A DNA stretch of 64,000 bases, taken from Bacteroidota bacterium (GTDB taxonomy: Bacteria; Bacteroidota; Bacteroidia; UKL13-3). A program made the position numbers and the translations under genes. The notes below the pieces were generated by a model. The model ran no database searches and was not told the origin of the DNA. It saw nothing but the letters and a program-made list of their open reading frames with translations. Below, piece after piece: positions 17,484 to 27,859 of this stretch. The stretch is taken from contig JBKCPL010000057.1 of assembly GCA_046309355.1 (NCBI GenBank), forward strand, positions 14,668 through 78,667. The letters run 5' to 3'. Each line of letters opens with the position of its first letter. Position 1 is the first letter of the stretch.

Positions 17484-18941
17484 TTAACCAATTAGTTCTG
17501 CTGTAATTTTAGCACTGCTCAGGCACAGCGGTATGCCTCCTCCGGGATGAACACTGCCACCACAGAAATACAAACCACGAATGTGTGATGAAAAATTTTT
17601 ATGCCGTAAAAACGCAGCAAAACGATTGTTGCTGGCATTGCCGTAAAGGGCTCCGGCAAATGACGAAGTGCGGCTTTCAATAATGCGCGGCTCCAGTATA
17701 TTCTCGGTTTCAATTAGCGGTTCTATCGGGGTATGCAGCAGCCGCGATAACTTATCTAAAACAGACTGGCGAACTGCCGGTATAATTTCATCCCAGTTTT
17801 GACCTGTGTTGTGTGGCACATTGACCATCACAAACCAGTTTTCGCAACCGGCCGGTGCATCATCCGGTTTGTATTTCGAAGTGATGTTAATGTACACAGT
17901 CGGGTCGATATACACCGTTTTGTAATCAAATAAATGCCTGAACTCCGATTCGTAATCGGAACTGAAAAATATGTTGTGCAAATCAAGCTCGCTAAAACTT
18001 TTTTTGATGCCCCAGTAAAATATCAGAGCTGATGAAGATTTTTCCTGATTAAGCAGCTTATGCGGGTGTTTTTCATGTGGTAGTAACCTTTTATAAGTTT
18101 GATGTATATCGGCATTGCTTACTACACAGTCGGCTGCATACACTTTTTGGCCACACCGAATACCGCTTACGCGTTTGTTGTGTACGGTTATTTCGTCAAC
18201 CGGGCTGTTGAAATGAAAAACGACACCTTTTTCTACGGCTAGGTTATATATGCTTTGTGTAATTTGATGCATACCGCCCATAGGAAAAAATGTACCCACA
18301 CTGTGCTCCAAATGCGGAATCATGGTAAGCAAACCGGGTGCTTTGTACGGGTCGGATCCGTTATATGTAGCAAATCTGTTGAAATACTGAACAAGATGCG
18401 GATGTTTAAAGAAGCTGCGGTTTACTGCATGCATGCTGCTGAATAGCGATAGCCAAGGGGAGGCGAGTATACCCCGGAGCGTTTTGCTGGTAATAAAATT
18501 GCGCAGGCGGTGCAGCGACTGTTCAACAAAAAGTGGAGCTGTAGTACGGTATTTGAATGCAGCTGATTGAAGGTAAGGGCGTATTTTTTTTGCGTCACCT
18601 GCATCTAGTTTTTCAGCTATTTCCTGTTCAAATTTGCGCACATCATGGTAGGCTGTAAAGCGCGTTCCATCTTCATAAAAATACCTGCATGAGGTATCCA
18701 GTTGAATATACTTAAACCTCTCAGGATTTTGGCCCGCCAGTGTGTATAGTTCCAAAACGTATTCGGGCATTGTAAACAACGAAGGGCCGGCATCAAAGCG
18801 GTATCCCATTGCACTGAATTCGCTGAGTTTACCTCCCGGATACGCGTTGCTTTCAAATACCTGAACACGATGACCAGCACAGGCCAGCCGAAGGGCTGTG
18901 GCTAAACCGGCAATGCCTGAACCCACCACAATCGTATTCAT
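17484..18941 (-). CDS. crtI: phytoene desaturase-family FAD-dependent oxidoreductase (CrtI/CrtD-like)
   Basis: N-terminal GSGIAGLATA dinucleotide fold, full-length CrtI-family similarity. Confidence 0.7.
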   Translation of the reverse strand: MNTIVVGSGIAGLATALRLACAGHRVQVFESNAYPGGKLSEFSAMGYRFDAGPSLFTMPEYVLELYTLAGQNPERFKYIQLDTSCRYFYEDGTRFTAYHDVRKFEQEIAEKLDAGDAKKIRPYLQSAAFKYRTTAPLFVEQSLHRLRNFITSKTLRGILASPWLSLFSSMHAVNRSFFKHPHLVQYFNRFATYNGSDPYKAPGLLTMIPHLEHSVGTFFPMGGMHQITQSIYNLAVEKGVVFHFNSPVDEITVHNKRVSGIRCGQKVYAADCVVSNADIHQTYKRLLPHEKHPHKLLNQEKSSSALIFYWGIKKSFSELDLHNIFFSSDYESEFRHLFDYKTVYIDPTVYINITSKYKPDDAPAGCENWFVMVNVPHNTGQNWDEIIPAVRQSVLDKLSRLLHTPIEPLIETENILEPRIIESRTSSFAGALYGNASNNRFAAFLRHKNFSSHIRGLYFCGGSVHPGGGIPLCLSSAKITAELIG

Positions 18942-19203
18942 AGCGCAACGATATATATTTTTTCAAACATATAGGTGCACCAATAGTTGGCGTGTACACA
19001 GTAATAAAAATTTAACAATTAGTACGAAGTGCCTTACACACAGCTAGTAAACCACTATCTGCATACGTGCAACTATGGAAATTATTCATACTTTGTTTTC
19101 GTACAAATCATAGTATTGTTATTTTGTGGCATAAGCAATGTTTTTTCATACTGCCAGGCTTACCGCCCGGCAAGTAATCATAGCTTAGGGTTTAGGTTCA
19201 GAA

Positions 19204-19243
19204 TAGGTCGCACCGAGTGCGGCCTATTTTGTTTTTGTACAGC
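19204..19243 (+). terminator. Intrinsic-terminator-like hairpin (9-bp stem with one G-U, CGAG loop) followed by ATTTTGTTTTTGT, inside the 343-bp leader ~45 nt upstream of the purM-like start
   Basis: AGGTCGCAC-cgag-GTGCGGCCT then T-rich run; no + strand gene upstream, so a candidate attenuator/riboswitch platform or sRNA end. Confidence 0.35.
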
Positions 19244-19284
19244 CCCCGACAGTTTCATACATTTGTATCCCTAATTCAAGCCTG

Positions 19285-20451
19285 ATGTCGGACGACAAAT
19301 ACATGAAACGAGGCGTATCTTCCGGTAAAGAAGATGTGCATGCTGCCATCAAAGGGATGGACAAAGGGTTGTTTCCACAGGCATTTTGCAAGGTTGTTCC
19401 CGATTACCTGAGCGGCAACCCCGAATACTGCACGCTGATGCACGCAGACGGTGCCGGCACAAAATCAAGTTTAGCCTATTTGTATTGGAAAGAAACCGGA
19501 GATTTGAGTGTGTGGAAGGGCATAGCCCAAGATGCCATTGTGATGAACACAAATGATTTGATGGCAGCCGGTGTGTATAGCCCTATTCTACTCTCGTCAA
19601 CCATAGGGCGAAACAAAAATTTAATTCCCGGTGAAGTAATCAAGGCCCTGATAGAGGGCACGGAAGAATACATCAGTTTGCTTCAGTCGTATGGTATTGA
19701 AATACATAGTACCGGAGGAGAAACAGCAGATGTAGGAGATTTAGTCAGAACTGTAATTGTTGACAGCACCGTTACTGCACGCGCCAGACGAACCGATATT
19801 ATTGACAACAGCAAAATACGACCCGGTGATGTTATTGTAGGACTGGCTTCATTTGGTCAGACAACTTACGAACACTCTTACAATGCGGGTATGGGAAGCA
19901 ACGGACTAACCATGGCCAGACACGATACGTTGCACAAAAAATACGTATCTTACACCGAAAGTTTTGATCCGCTGGTTCCCGATGCATTGGTATATACCGG
20001 TAATCTCAGCTTAACCGATACGCTGGCTGGTCACCCGCTACCGGTGGGAAAAATGATATTGTCGCCTACACGTACATTTTCGCCAATAGCCAAGCCGCTG
20101 TTTGACATGTGCCGCACTTCTATACACGGTATGATACACTGCACGGGCGGAGCACACACCAAAGTCATGCATTACATCAACGGATTACGTGTGGTGAAAA
20201 ACAATTTGTTTGAAACACCACCGTTATTTGAAATGATTCAGCAACAAAGCAACAGCACGTGGCACGAAATGTATAAAGTTTTTAATATGGGCAGCTTGAT
20301 GGAAATTTACACCGATGAAAAAACTGCAGAAGCCATTATTCAACTTGCAGCAACGTTCCATATTTCGGCTCAGGTAATCGGACATGTAGAACAGGCTTCA
20401 CACAACGAAGTATCCATTACAACATCACACGGAACATTTATATACACTTAA
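19285..20451 (+). CDS. AIR synthase-related (PurM-like) protein
   Basis: PurM-like N/C domain similarity (HADGAGTK, GGETA). Confidence 0.55.
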   Translation: MSDDKYMKRGVSSGKEDVHAAIKGMDKGLFPQAFCKVVPDYLSGNPEYCTLMHADGAGTKSSLAYLYWKETGDLSVWKGIAQDAIVMNTNDLMAAGVYSPILLSSTIGRNKNLIPGEVIKALIEGTEEYISLLQSYGIEIHSTGGETADVGDLVRTVIVDSTVTARARRTDIIDNSKIRPGDVIVGLASFGQTTYEHSYNAGMGSNGLTMARHDTLHKKYVSYTESFDPLVPDALVYTGNLSLTDTLAGHPLPVGKMILSPTRTFSPIAKPLFDMCRTSIHGMIHCTGGAHTKVMHYINGLRVVKNNLFETPPLFEMIQQQSNSTWHEMYKVFNMGSLMEIYTDEKTAEAIIQLAATFHISAQVIGHVEQASHNEVSITTSHGTFIYT

Positions 20452-20464
20452 TTAATCAGTACAC

Positions 20465-21499
20465 GTGAAAGTATTAGTAACAGGGGCAACAGGTTTTATC
20501 GGATCGCACACCGTAGTTGAATTGCAGCATGCGGGCTACGAAGTAGTAGGGATTGATAATTTTGAAAACTCAACCACTGATGTGATTAAGCAAGTAGCGG
20601 CTATAACAGGAAAGCCATTTGTGTGTGAACAGGCCGACATTCGCGACAAAAATTCAATACATGCTATCCTACAAAAGCATGGAGGCATACAGGCCGTTAT
20701 TCATTTTGCCGCTTACAAAGCCGTTGGCGAATCGGTGGCCGAACCACTTAAATACTATGAAAACAACGTAGCAGGTACCGTTAATCTACTACACGAATTA
20801 GAACAGCATGGAATAACCGATTTGGTATTTTCATCCTCGTGTACGGTATACGGAAATGTATCTTCCGACATCTTGCCTGTTACGGAAGAAACCCCATTGA
20901 TGCCTGCCTTTTCACCATACGGCAATACCAAGCAGATTTGCGAAGAAGTGCTGCGCGATCAGTCACATACCGGTAAGCTGCGTGTGGTATCGCTTCGGTA
21001 TTTCAATCCTATCGGGGCACACGATTCGGCCCGTATTGGCGAATTGCCCATAGGAGTTCCGAATAATCTGGTTCCGTTTATTACACAAACCGCTATAGGC
21101 ATTCGAAAGCAACTTACTGTATTTGGCAACGACTATGCTACACCCGATGGTACCTGTATACGCGACTACATACACGTAGTTGATTTAGCAAAAGCGCACG
21201 TGGCAGCCATTTCATATCTGCAGCAAAAAAAATCAGCTGAGTCATTTTCGGTATTCAATATAGGAACCGGGAAAGGAAATAGTGTGCTGGAAGCCATTCA
21301 CTCATTTGAAAAAGTAAGCGGACAAAAACTGAACTACACGATAGGTCCAAGAAGAGCGGGTGACGTGGAGCAGATATATGCATCGTGCAGCAAGGCCGGA
21401 ACTGAACTGAACTGGAAAGCCGAACGCGACCTCGACAATTGTATGCTCACAGCCTGGAATTGGGAAAAAAAATTAGCCGAACAAAAACAAAACGCATGA
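20465..21499 (+). CDS. galE: UDP-glucose 4-epimerase
   Basis: VTGATGFIGSH, YxxxK SDR-extended; GTG start; stop overlaps rfbB start (ATGA). Confidence 0.8.
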   Translation: MKVLVTGATGFIGSHTVVELQHAGYEVVGIDNFENSTTDVIKQVAAITGKPFVCEQADIRDKNSIHAILQKHGGIQAVIHFAAYKAVGESVAEPLKYYENNVAGTVNLLHELEQHGITDLVFSSSCTVYGNVSSDILPVTEETPLMPAFSPYGNTKQICEEVLRDQSHTGKLRVVSLRYFNPIGAHDSARIGELPIGVPNNLVPFITQTAIGIRKQLTVFGNDYATPDGTCIRDYIHVVDLAKAHVAAISYLQQKKSAESFSVFNIGTGKGNSVLEAIHSFEKVSGQKLNYTIGPRRAGDVEQIYASCSKAGTELNWKAERDLDNCMLTAWNWEKKLAEQKQNA

Positions 21500-22557
21500 C
21501 ACAAAACAAAAAAATACTGATTACCGGTGGTGCCGGATTTATTGGCTCGCACGTAGTACGCTTGTTTGTCAACAAATATCCTGACTACACCATTTGCAAC
21601 CTCGATAAACTAACCTATGCAGGTAACCTGAAAAACCTGACCGATATAGAGCATGCGCCTAATTACCGCTTTATTAAAGCCGATATTGTGAATGCCGATG
21701 AGATGAACAACCTGTTTCAGCGTGAAAATTTTGATGCAGTCATTCATCTTGCAGCCGAAAGCCACGTTGACCGCAGCATTACCAATCCGCTTGATTTTGT
21801 AATGACGAATGTGGTAGGAACTGTAAACCTGCTAAACGCATTTAAGGCAGCGTGCGCTGGTAACTTTGACAACAAACTGTTTTACCACATCAGTACCGAT
21901 GAGGTTTACGGAAGTTTGCACGATGGCGGCTTCTTTCTGGAAACTACACCTTACGACCCGCAGTCGCCTTACTCAGCTTCTAAAGCATCGTCTGATCATT
22001 TTGTGCGGGCATACCATAACACGTATAAACTTCCTGTGGTGCTCAGCAACTGTTCAAATAATTACGGGCCTAATCAATTTCCAGAAAAACTAATTCCGCT
22101 TTTTATCAATAACATCCGGCACAATAAACCCTTGCCGGTTTACGGCAAAGGCGAAAACGTGCGCGATTGGCTATACGTAATTGACCATGCACGTGCCATT
22201 GACGATGTATTTCACAAAGGCCGTATTGGTGAAACGTACAATATTGGCGGTTTTAACGAGTGGAAAAATATTGATTTGGTAAAGGTACTTTGCCGCACGA
22301 TGGACCGTAAACTGGGGCGTGCCGAAGGAGAATCGGAGAAGCTGATTGCTTACGTTACCGACCGGGCAGGTCATGATTTGCGCTATGCAATCGACTCATC
22401 AAAAATAATGAACGAACTGGGTTGGAAGCCATCCCTTCAGTTTGAAGAGGGCATTGAGAAAACGATTGATTGGTACCTGGCTAATCAGCACTGGCTGGAC
22501 GATGTAACCAGCGGAGCTTATCAGCAGTATTATGAAAATATGTATGCAGCCCGCTAA
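21496..22557 (+). CDS. rfbB: dTDP-glucose 4,6-dehydratase
   Basis: ILITGGAGFIGSH, YSASKASSDH; start moved to Met20 of ORF 21439..22557. Confidence 0.9.
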   Translation: MTQNKKILITGGAGFIGSHVVRLFVNKYPDYTICNLDKLTYAGNLKNLTDIEHAPNYRFIKADIVNADEMNNLFQRENFDAVIHLAAESHVDRSITNPLDFVMTNVVGTVNLLNAFKAACAGNFDNKLFYHISTDEVYGSLHDGGFFLETTPYDPQSPYSASKASSDHFVRAYHNTYKLPVVLSNCSNNYGPNQFPEKLIPLFINNIRHNKPLPVYGKGENVRDWLYVIDHARAIDDVFHKGRIGETYNIGGFNEWKNIDLVKVLCRTMDRKLGRAEGESEKLIAYVTDRAGHDLRYAIDSSKIMNELGWKPSLQFEEGIEKTIDWYLANQHWLDDVTSGAYQQYYENMYAAR

Positions 22558-22563
22558 TTATGG

Positions 22564-23388
22564 CTACGGAAACTTTGGGAACTTTTTAAAATCGGGTTTG
22601 CGTTTTTCAAGAAACGCATTTTTGCCTTCTTTGGCTTCCTCACTTAAGTAATACAGCAACGTTGAGTTGCCTGCCAGTTCCTGTATACCTGCCTGTCCAT
22701 CAAGTTCGGCATTAAATGCACTTTTTAGCATGCGCAGTGCGATAGGACTTTTTTCCATCATTTTGCGGCACCATTCAATAGTAACATCTTCCAGGTTTTC
22801 GAGGGGTACTACTTTATTTACCAATCCCATCTCCAGCGCCTCTTGTGCATTGTATTGGTCGCATAAGTACCATATCTCACGTGCCTTCTTTTGCCCAACA
22901 ATACGAGCGAGATAACCTGCACCGAAACCTCCGTCAAAGCTGCCAACTTTTGGGCCGGTTTGCCCGAATCGGGCATTTTCGGCTGCAATGGATAAATCGC
23001 AGATGACGTGCAGTACATGTCCGCCACCTATTGCCCAGCCAGCAACCATAGCCACAACAGGTTTGGGTATTCTGCGAATTTGCATTTGCAAATCCAAAAC
23101 ATTCAGGCGTGGCACTCCATCATCGCCTACATAGCCTCCATGTCCTCTTACACTTTGGTCGCCACCGCTGCAAAATGCCTGACCGCCCTCACCGGTTAAA
23201 ATAACACAGTACACGTTTTCATCCTGACGAGCTATTTCCATGGCTTCGCTCATTTCCTTAACGGTTAACGGAGTAAAGGCGTTGTGTTTTTCAGGCCTGT
23301 TGATGCTTATTTTGGCAATGCCCTCATAAAAAGAAAACTTAATTTCCTGAAATTCTTTGATGGGTTGCCACGGGTAGTTTGAGTGCAT
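22564..23388 (-). CDS. menB: 1,4-dihydroxy-2-naphthoyl-CoA synthase (crotonase fold)
   Basis: Full-length MenB similarity. Confidence 0.9.
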   Translation of the reverse strand: MHSNYPWQPIKEFQEIKFSFYEGIAKISINRPEKHNAFTPLTVKEMSEAMEIARQDENVYCVILTGEGGQAFCSGGDQSVRGHGGYVGDDGVPRLNVLDLQMQIRRIPKPVVAMVAGWAIGGGHVLHVICDLSIAAENARFGQTGPKVGSFDGGFGAGYLARIVGQKKAREIWYLCDQYNAQEALEMGLVNKVVPLENLEDVTIEWCRKMMEKSPIALRMLKSAFNAELDGQAGIQELAGNSTLLYYLSEEAKEGKNAFLEKRKPDFKKFPKFP

Positions 23389-23456
23389 ATCGGATTACAA
23401 TTTTACGTTTAAGGCCTGCAAATGTAAACGCACGGGTATGAAGTGCCAAATGACAA

Positions 23457-25118
23457 TCACAATACCTGTAGCTGTTTAAACTGCTGTATAGCTTTTAAGT
23501 TTTTTTTCGGGTCAAATTGAAGTTCAAGAACCGCAGCTGCAGGATGTTGTATGAAGGCATCAAACTGCTTCTGAAATGGAGCATGCGATTGAACAGACTG
23601 ATGAAAAATACCTGATGCCGAACACACGTGTTTTATGTCAACCTGATGCGGTGTCGTAAAGTAGGGCATATAGTTGGGGTAACGTGATGGCCCGTCAATC
23701 CACTCAAATATGCGCCCACCGTGGTTATTATACACCACTATTTTCAGGTTGTTGGGCAATTTTTGTGCAATGAGCGGATGTATGTCGTACAAAAAGGCTA
23801 CATCGCCAGTGAGTAAAAAGGTTAGGCGGTTATTGATACATGCAGCACCCACTGCTGTAGATGTATTTCCGTCAATGCCACTTGTGCCGCGGTTTCCATT
23901 CATTACCCACGATGGATGAATATGCCCGAGCCAGCTTGCAAAGCGAATGACACCGCTGCTGCCAAGGTGAACGTTACACGCATCGGGAATACAGTTTAGG
24001 ACATGTTGCGTTACTGCCAGTTCCGTGAAGCTTTGTTTTTGTATGAATGAATGCAATTTTACAGCAGCCAGTTCATTTAATTTCAGCCACGTTTGTTTGT
24101 ACACATCGGCTTTGTACAAATCCGGAATTAGCGTGTTAAGTACATCTGCCGGATTGCCTTTAATGGAGTGGGTTACATGGCTGTAAGTATCAACTTTGTG
24201 CGGGTATTCATCAACGCGGAAATGGTAGGCAGGTTTGCATTGCTGCAGCCATTTTTTTAACGCTTTGGACAACACAGGTCCACCTGCCGAAAGAATAAAA
24301 TCGGGTTGTAACGCACGTAACTTATCAAAGTCAGTAGTGGTAAGAATAGTGTCGTACAAAGTAACTTCGTTTGCATGATGTTGATTGCTAAGAATGTCGG
24401 AAAACAGCACCGAATTAGAATCATTTTGCAACCGATGCAGAGCTGTAAACAATGAGGTGTCGGGTGTATGTTGACCGATCAGAATTAGCTTTCGCTGGCT
24501 GCTTTCCCAAGCGTGTTGAAGTGTTTGATTAGGTGTGAATAAAGTTGCAGCGGATTTTGTGTGTCGTGCGAAAGGCATGACCGGTTTTTTTACATGCGAA
24601 TACAATGGTTCGGCCATTGGCACATTTATATGTACAGGACCTTTTTCACCGCTGTGTGATTGGATTATTGCAGCAGTTATAGTTTCGTAGGTTGATTTTA
24701 CCTGTTCAGTATCGTGCACGTAGCAAGGCAATTCACTATACGATTTTACATGTTTACCGTATAAATGGCGTTGATCAATCATTTGTCCATCCTGCTGATG
24801 CAGCAAATGCGGTGGCCTGTCGGCAGTAAGAACTACCAAAGGCACACGTTGAAAAAAAGCTTCGCACACAGCCGGTAAAAAATTGGCAGCAGCTGTTCCT
24901 GAAGTGCAAATAAGTACTGTAGCTTTTTGTGTTTGCTGTGCCATACCCAATGCCATGTAGGCTGCGCTACGTTCATCAACAATCGAATGACAGCTGAAAA
25001 AGTCATCCGTTGCAAAAGCATATACAAGCGGTGCCGAGCGCGAACCGGGACAAATGATAACATTAGATAATCCTGCGATTTTACAGGCTTCAGCTATGGC
25101 ATATATGTGTTTTTGCAC
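23457..25118 (-). CDS. menD: SEPHCHC synthase (2-succinyl-5-enolpyruvyl-6-hydroxy-3-cyclohexene-1-carboxylate synthase, ThDP enzyme)
   Basis: ThDP-enzyme architecture, MenD-like N-terminus; upstream of menB on the same strand. Confidence 0.8.
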   Translation of the reverse strand: MQKHIYAIAEACKIAGLSNVIICPGSRSAPLVYAFATDDFFSCHSIVDERSAAYMALGMAQQTQKATVLICTSGTAAANFLPAVCEAFFQRVPLVVLTADRPPHLLHQQDGQMIDQRHLYGKHVKSYSELPCYVHDTEQVKSTYETITAAIIQSHSGEKGPVHINVPMAEPLYSHVKKPVMPFARHTKSAATLFTPNQTLQHAWESSQRKLILIGQHTPDTSLFTALHRLQNDSNSVLFSDILSNQHHANEVTLYDTILTTTDFDKLRALQPDFILSAGGPVLSKALKKWLQQCKPAYHFRVDEYPHKVDTYSHVTHSIKGNPADVLNTLIPDLYKADVYKQTWLKLNELAAVKLHSFIQKQSFTELAVTQHVLNCIPDACNVHLGSSGVIRFASWLGHIHPSWVMNGNRGTSGIDGNTSTAVGAACINNRLTFLLTGDVAFLYDIHPLIAQKLPNNLKIVVYNNHGGRIFEWIDGPSRYPNYMPYFTTPHQVDIKHVCSASGIFHQSVQSHAPFQKQFDAFIQHPAAAVLELQFDPKKNLKAIQQFKQLQVL

Positions 25119-25275
25119 TAAACAGTAAACAGTAAGATGGTCAGAATGTTGAAAGGCTCAAAAATATTGGTATTTCAGCGTATGAAAAATAAAATGATTT
25201 TCTATTTTTGAGGGCTTGAAACAATATATGCACTACGGGAACAAACTGTATATAAATCAAATAAGAGTAGAATAT

Positions 25276-26004
25276 ATGCTGAAGAAAACATTAATACTAT
25301 TGCTGATTGCATGTACAGCCTTTGCGGCTCAGGCACAAAGCAAGAAGAAAAAGAAAAAGAAAGCTGAACCGGCACCGGTAGAAGAACCGGCACCCGTGGA
25401 ACAAGCACCCGGCTGGGGAGCTGAGCCGGCTCCCGATACCACACAAGCTCAACCTGCGCCTGATACTACACAAGTGCAACCTGTAGCTGAAGAACCTAAA
25501 CAGAAGCCTTACGAACGCATTGTTTTGAACTTTGACTCGGTTACTAATCTGATTATTTACTCAGGTGTTGTTGAGCAGGAAGAATCGCCTTCTGACTCTA
25601 TTTACCTGCGCGCCAAGAAGTGGATAGAAAGACGCTGGGGCAAAGCGGTGAAAATGGAAATGGATAAACGCAACCAGAAGATGGTTTTTTCAGCCTCGCT
25701 GCCTGCATATAAATACACCAACAAATACACCAAAGCATCTATAGGGAGATATACGTTTAAAGTATCATTATGGATAAAAGAAGGTCGCTATAAATATGCT
25801 TTAACCAACTTTGTACATGAAGGCGACAAACCTAATGAAGGCACTCCTATCCGTAATTACTTTGAGTATTATTATACCACCACAACCAATATAAAAGGGG
25901 TAGATCAGATTCTTCGTTATGCCGATAAGGATATAACGGATTTGATTACTGAAATGAAGAAAGCACTCAAAGACCCCATCCTGGTTGATGAGGACGATTG
26001 GTAG
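25276..26004 (+). CDS. secreted low-complexity protein (poly-Lys, Pro/Ala/Glu tandem repeats, DUF4468-like C-terminal part)
   Basis: Signal peptide MLKKTLILLLIACTAFAAQAQ; KKKKKKK; EPAPVE and PDTTQxQP repeats; start moved to ATG 25276. Confidence 0.5.
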   Translation: MLKKTLILLLIACTAFAAQAQSKKKKKKKAEPAPVEEPAPVEQAPGWGAEPAPDTTQAQPAPDTTQVQPVAEEPKQKPYERIVLNFDSVTNLIIYSGVVEQEESPSDSIYLRAKKWIERRWGKAVKMEMDKRNQKMVFSASLPAYKYTNKYTKASIGRYTFKVSLWIKEGRYKYALTNFVHEGDKPNEGTPIRNYFEYYYTTTTNIKGVDQILRYADKDITDLITEMKKALKDPILVDEDDW

Positions 26005-26007
26005 TAA

Positions 26008-26754
26008 TCAGGTAACAGCAATAAAGTAAAAATCCCGGTTCCAGTTTACGGCATCCGTTTCGTTTAACTGCACTAAGGAGTTGTTTTGTAACCCATGTGG
26101 TTTGTATCCAATGGGTGTTAGCATGGTTAGCATCGCACGTATATTTTCAGTTCCTGATATTTCTATTTGCAATACCGGTTTGTGTTTTTGTAATGAGTGC
26201 ATCAAATGAGGAAACAAATGCACTTCGTATCCTTCTACATCGCATTTGATGAAATCAATAGTTTCTAAGCTACCGAATAGTTCATCAGGAATGTGCATGG
26301 GAACATCGTAACACTTCATGGAGCTGCTGTCTTCATCATCAGCCAATACATGTGTTAGTCCGTGGCGCAAAATACCGTGTATAACAGGAGTGCCCATTTT
26401 TACCTTGCCGTTGCTGGCACCCAGCGCAGTTTGATGCAAGGTTATATTATCGAGAGCCAAGGCGCGGGTGTTTGATCTGAAAATGCGTGCAAACACATCA
26501 ACCGGTTCAACGGCATACACGTGGCCAACCTTACCGGTGCAGTGCGATAGAAACACGGAGTAATACCCGACATTGGCACCAATATCAATGCATACGCTTC
26601 CGGGTTTAATCAGTTGATGAAGGTAAAACAATTCAGGATATTTACGCTGCAGAAAGCCGGCAAGCGTAAGGCGCAGGTAAATGCGGCTAACCAGCCTCAG
26701 GTAGTTTTCAAAACCCAGTACATGAATAAGCAGCGAGCGAATGGCTTTCTCCAT
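26008..26754 (-). CDS. FkbM-family SAM-dependent methyltransferase
   Basis: VCIDIGANVGYYSVF motif and family-length match. Confidence 0.7.
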   Translation of the reverse strand: MEKAIRSLLIHVLGFENYLRLVSRIYLRLTLAGFLQRKYPELFYLHQLIKPGSVCIDIGANVGYYSVFLSHCTGKVGHVYAVEPVDVFARIFRSNTRALALDNITLHQTALGASNGKVKMGTPVIHGILRHGLTHVLADDEDSSSMKCYDVPMHIPDELFGSLETIDFIKCDVEGYEVHLFPHLMHSLQKHKPVLQIEISGTENIRAMLTMLTPIGYKPHGLQNNSLVQLNETDAVNWNRDFYFIAVT

Positions 26755-26984
26755 TAGTTTATTTCCTCATAATCTACATATTCGCCTTCGCCAGTAGGGC
26801 GATTTTTTTGTTTGCTACCCGTTGTGGTATGCACGGTCACCTCACCTTCCTCGGGCTGATGCGGTGTTTTTTTAGTGCCAAATGTAAACACCTGAGGCCC
26901 CGGTGATGACATGCCTAACAGCCTGAATAAAAAGCGAAATGCCAGGTAAAATAGAAATAGCGTAAGCAGAAAACGGACTATCAT
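26754..26984 (-). CDS. DUF4834-family small membrane protein
   Basis: N-terminal TM helix, Gly/Pro-rich middle, acidic C-terminus GEYVDYEEIN. Confidence 0.5.
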   Translation of the reverse strand: MIVRFLLTLFLFYLAFRFLFRLLGMSSPGPQVFTFGTKKTPHQPEEGEVTVHTTTGSKQKNRPTGEGEYVDYEEIN

Positions 26985-27022
26985 ACATCTAAACTTAATT
27001 CGCGGACAAAGGTAACGTAAAT

Positions 27023-27856
27023 TCAGGAATGAAGATTTACGTGCGCAGATTTCACAGGATGGCCGTAGAATACGGTGGCTTTTATGTTGAACTCCTCCGC
27101 ATTATCAGTTGTTAGAAATTCAACCGCACCATTTTTACTGCACATGCTGTCCATTTCCGGATGACGCTGCAAATAATCGACTAGGCTGTTGGCTACTATT
27201 TCTCCCTGAGCAAAAAGATTAATGTCGGCCGGAATAAGCCTGCGCAAGTCATTCATCAAAAGCGGGTAGTGTGTGCAACCAAGTAATACTGTATCGATCT
27301 GTGGAGACAGGTGCAGCAGATTCGATATGTGTTTTTGCAAAAAATAATCGGTCCCGGGATTACCGAATTCCCCATTTTCAACCAACGGAACCCACATAGG
27401 ACATGCCTCCTGATATACGTGTAGATTGGGAAAAAACTTTTCAATTTCGACTACGTACGACTGTGAACTAACGGTTCCTGCGGTGGCAAAAATACCGATG
27501 TGGCCGGTTTTGGTGTAATTGCCGATAATTTCTGTAGTGGGTCTGATTACCCCCAGTACTCGAAGCGAAGGATCAGTTGTGGGCAAATAGGTTTGTTGTA
27601 TGGTGCGCAAGGCTTTGGCCGATGCTGTATTGCAGGCTACTATAACCAGTTTACAGCCTTGGCTGAAGAGGTGTTTAACACATTCCAGCGTATATTCATA
27701 CACCGTATCGAATGACCTGTTTCCGTAGGGTGCACGGGCATTATCGCCCAGGTATAAAAAGTCGTTGTCGGGCAAGTGCCTGATAAGTTCTTTGAGTACG
27801 GTGAGTCCACCATACCCTGAATCGAAAACGCCTATTGGAGTTCTGTTGGTCGACAT
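27023..27856 (-). CDS. murI: glutamate racemase
   Basis: IGVFDSGYGGLTV, VACNTAS, GCTHYPLL motifs. Confidence 0.85.
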   Translation of the reverse strand: MSTNRTPIGVFDSGYGGLTVLKELIRHLPDNDFLYLGDNARAPYGNRSFDTVYEYTLECVKHLFSQGCKLVIVACNTASAKALRTIQQTYLPTTDPSLRVLGVIRPTTEIIGNYTKTGHIGIFATAGTVSSQSYVVEIEKFFPNLHVYQEACPMWVPLVENGEFGNPGTDYFLQKHISNLLHLSPQIDTVLLGCTHYPLLMNDLRRLIPADINLFAQGEIVANSLVDYLQRHPEMDSMCSKNGAVEFLTTDNAEEFNIKATVFYGHPVKSAHVNLHS

Positions 27857-27859
27857 GGT

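Noticed and set aside
19029-19274. 81-aa ORF in the crtI / purM-like intergenic leader
   Set aside because: It overlaps the predicted terminator hairpin and has no convincing coding features. The region is treated as a regulatory leader instead.
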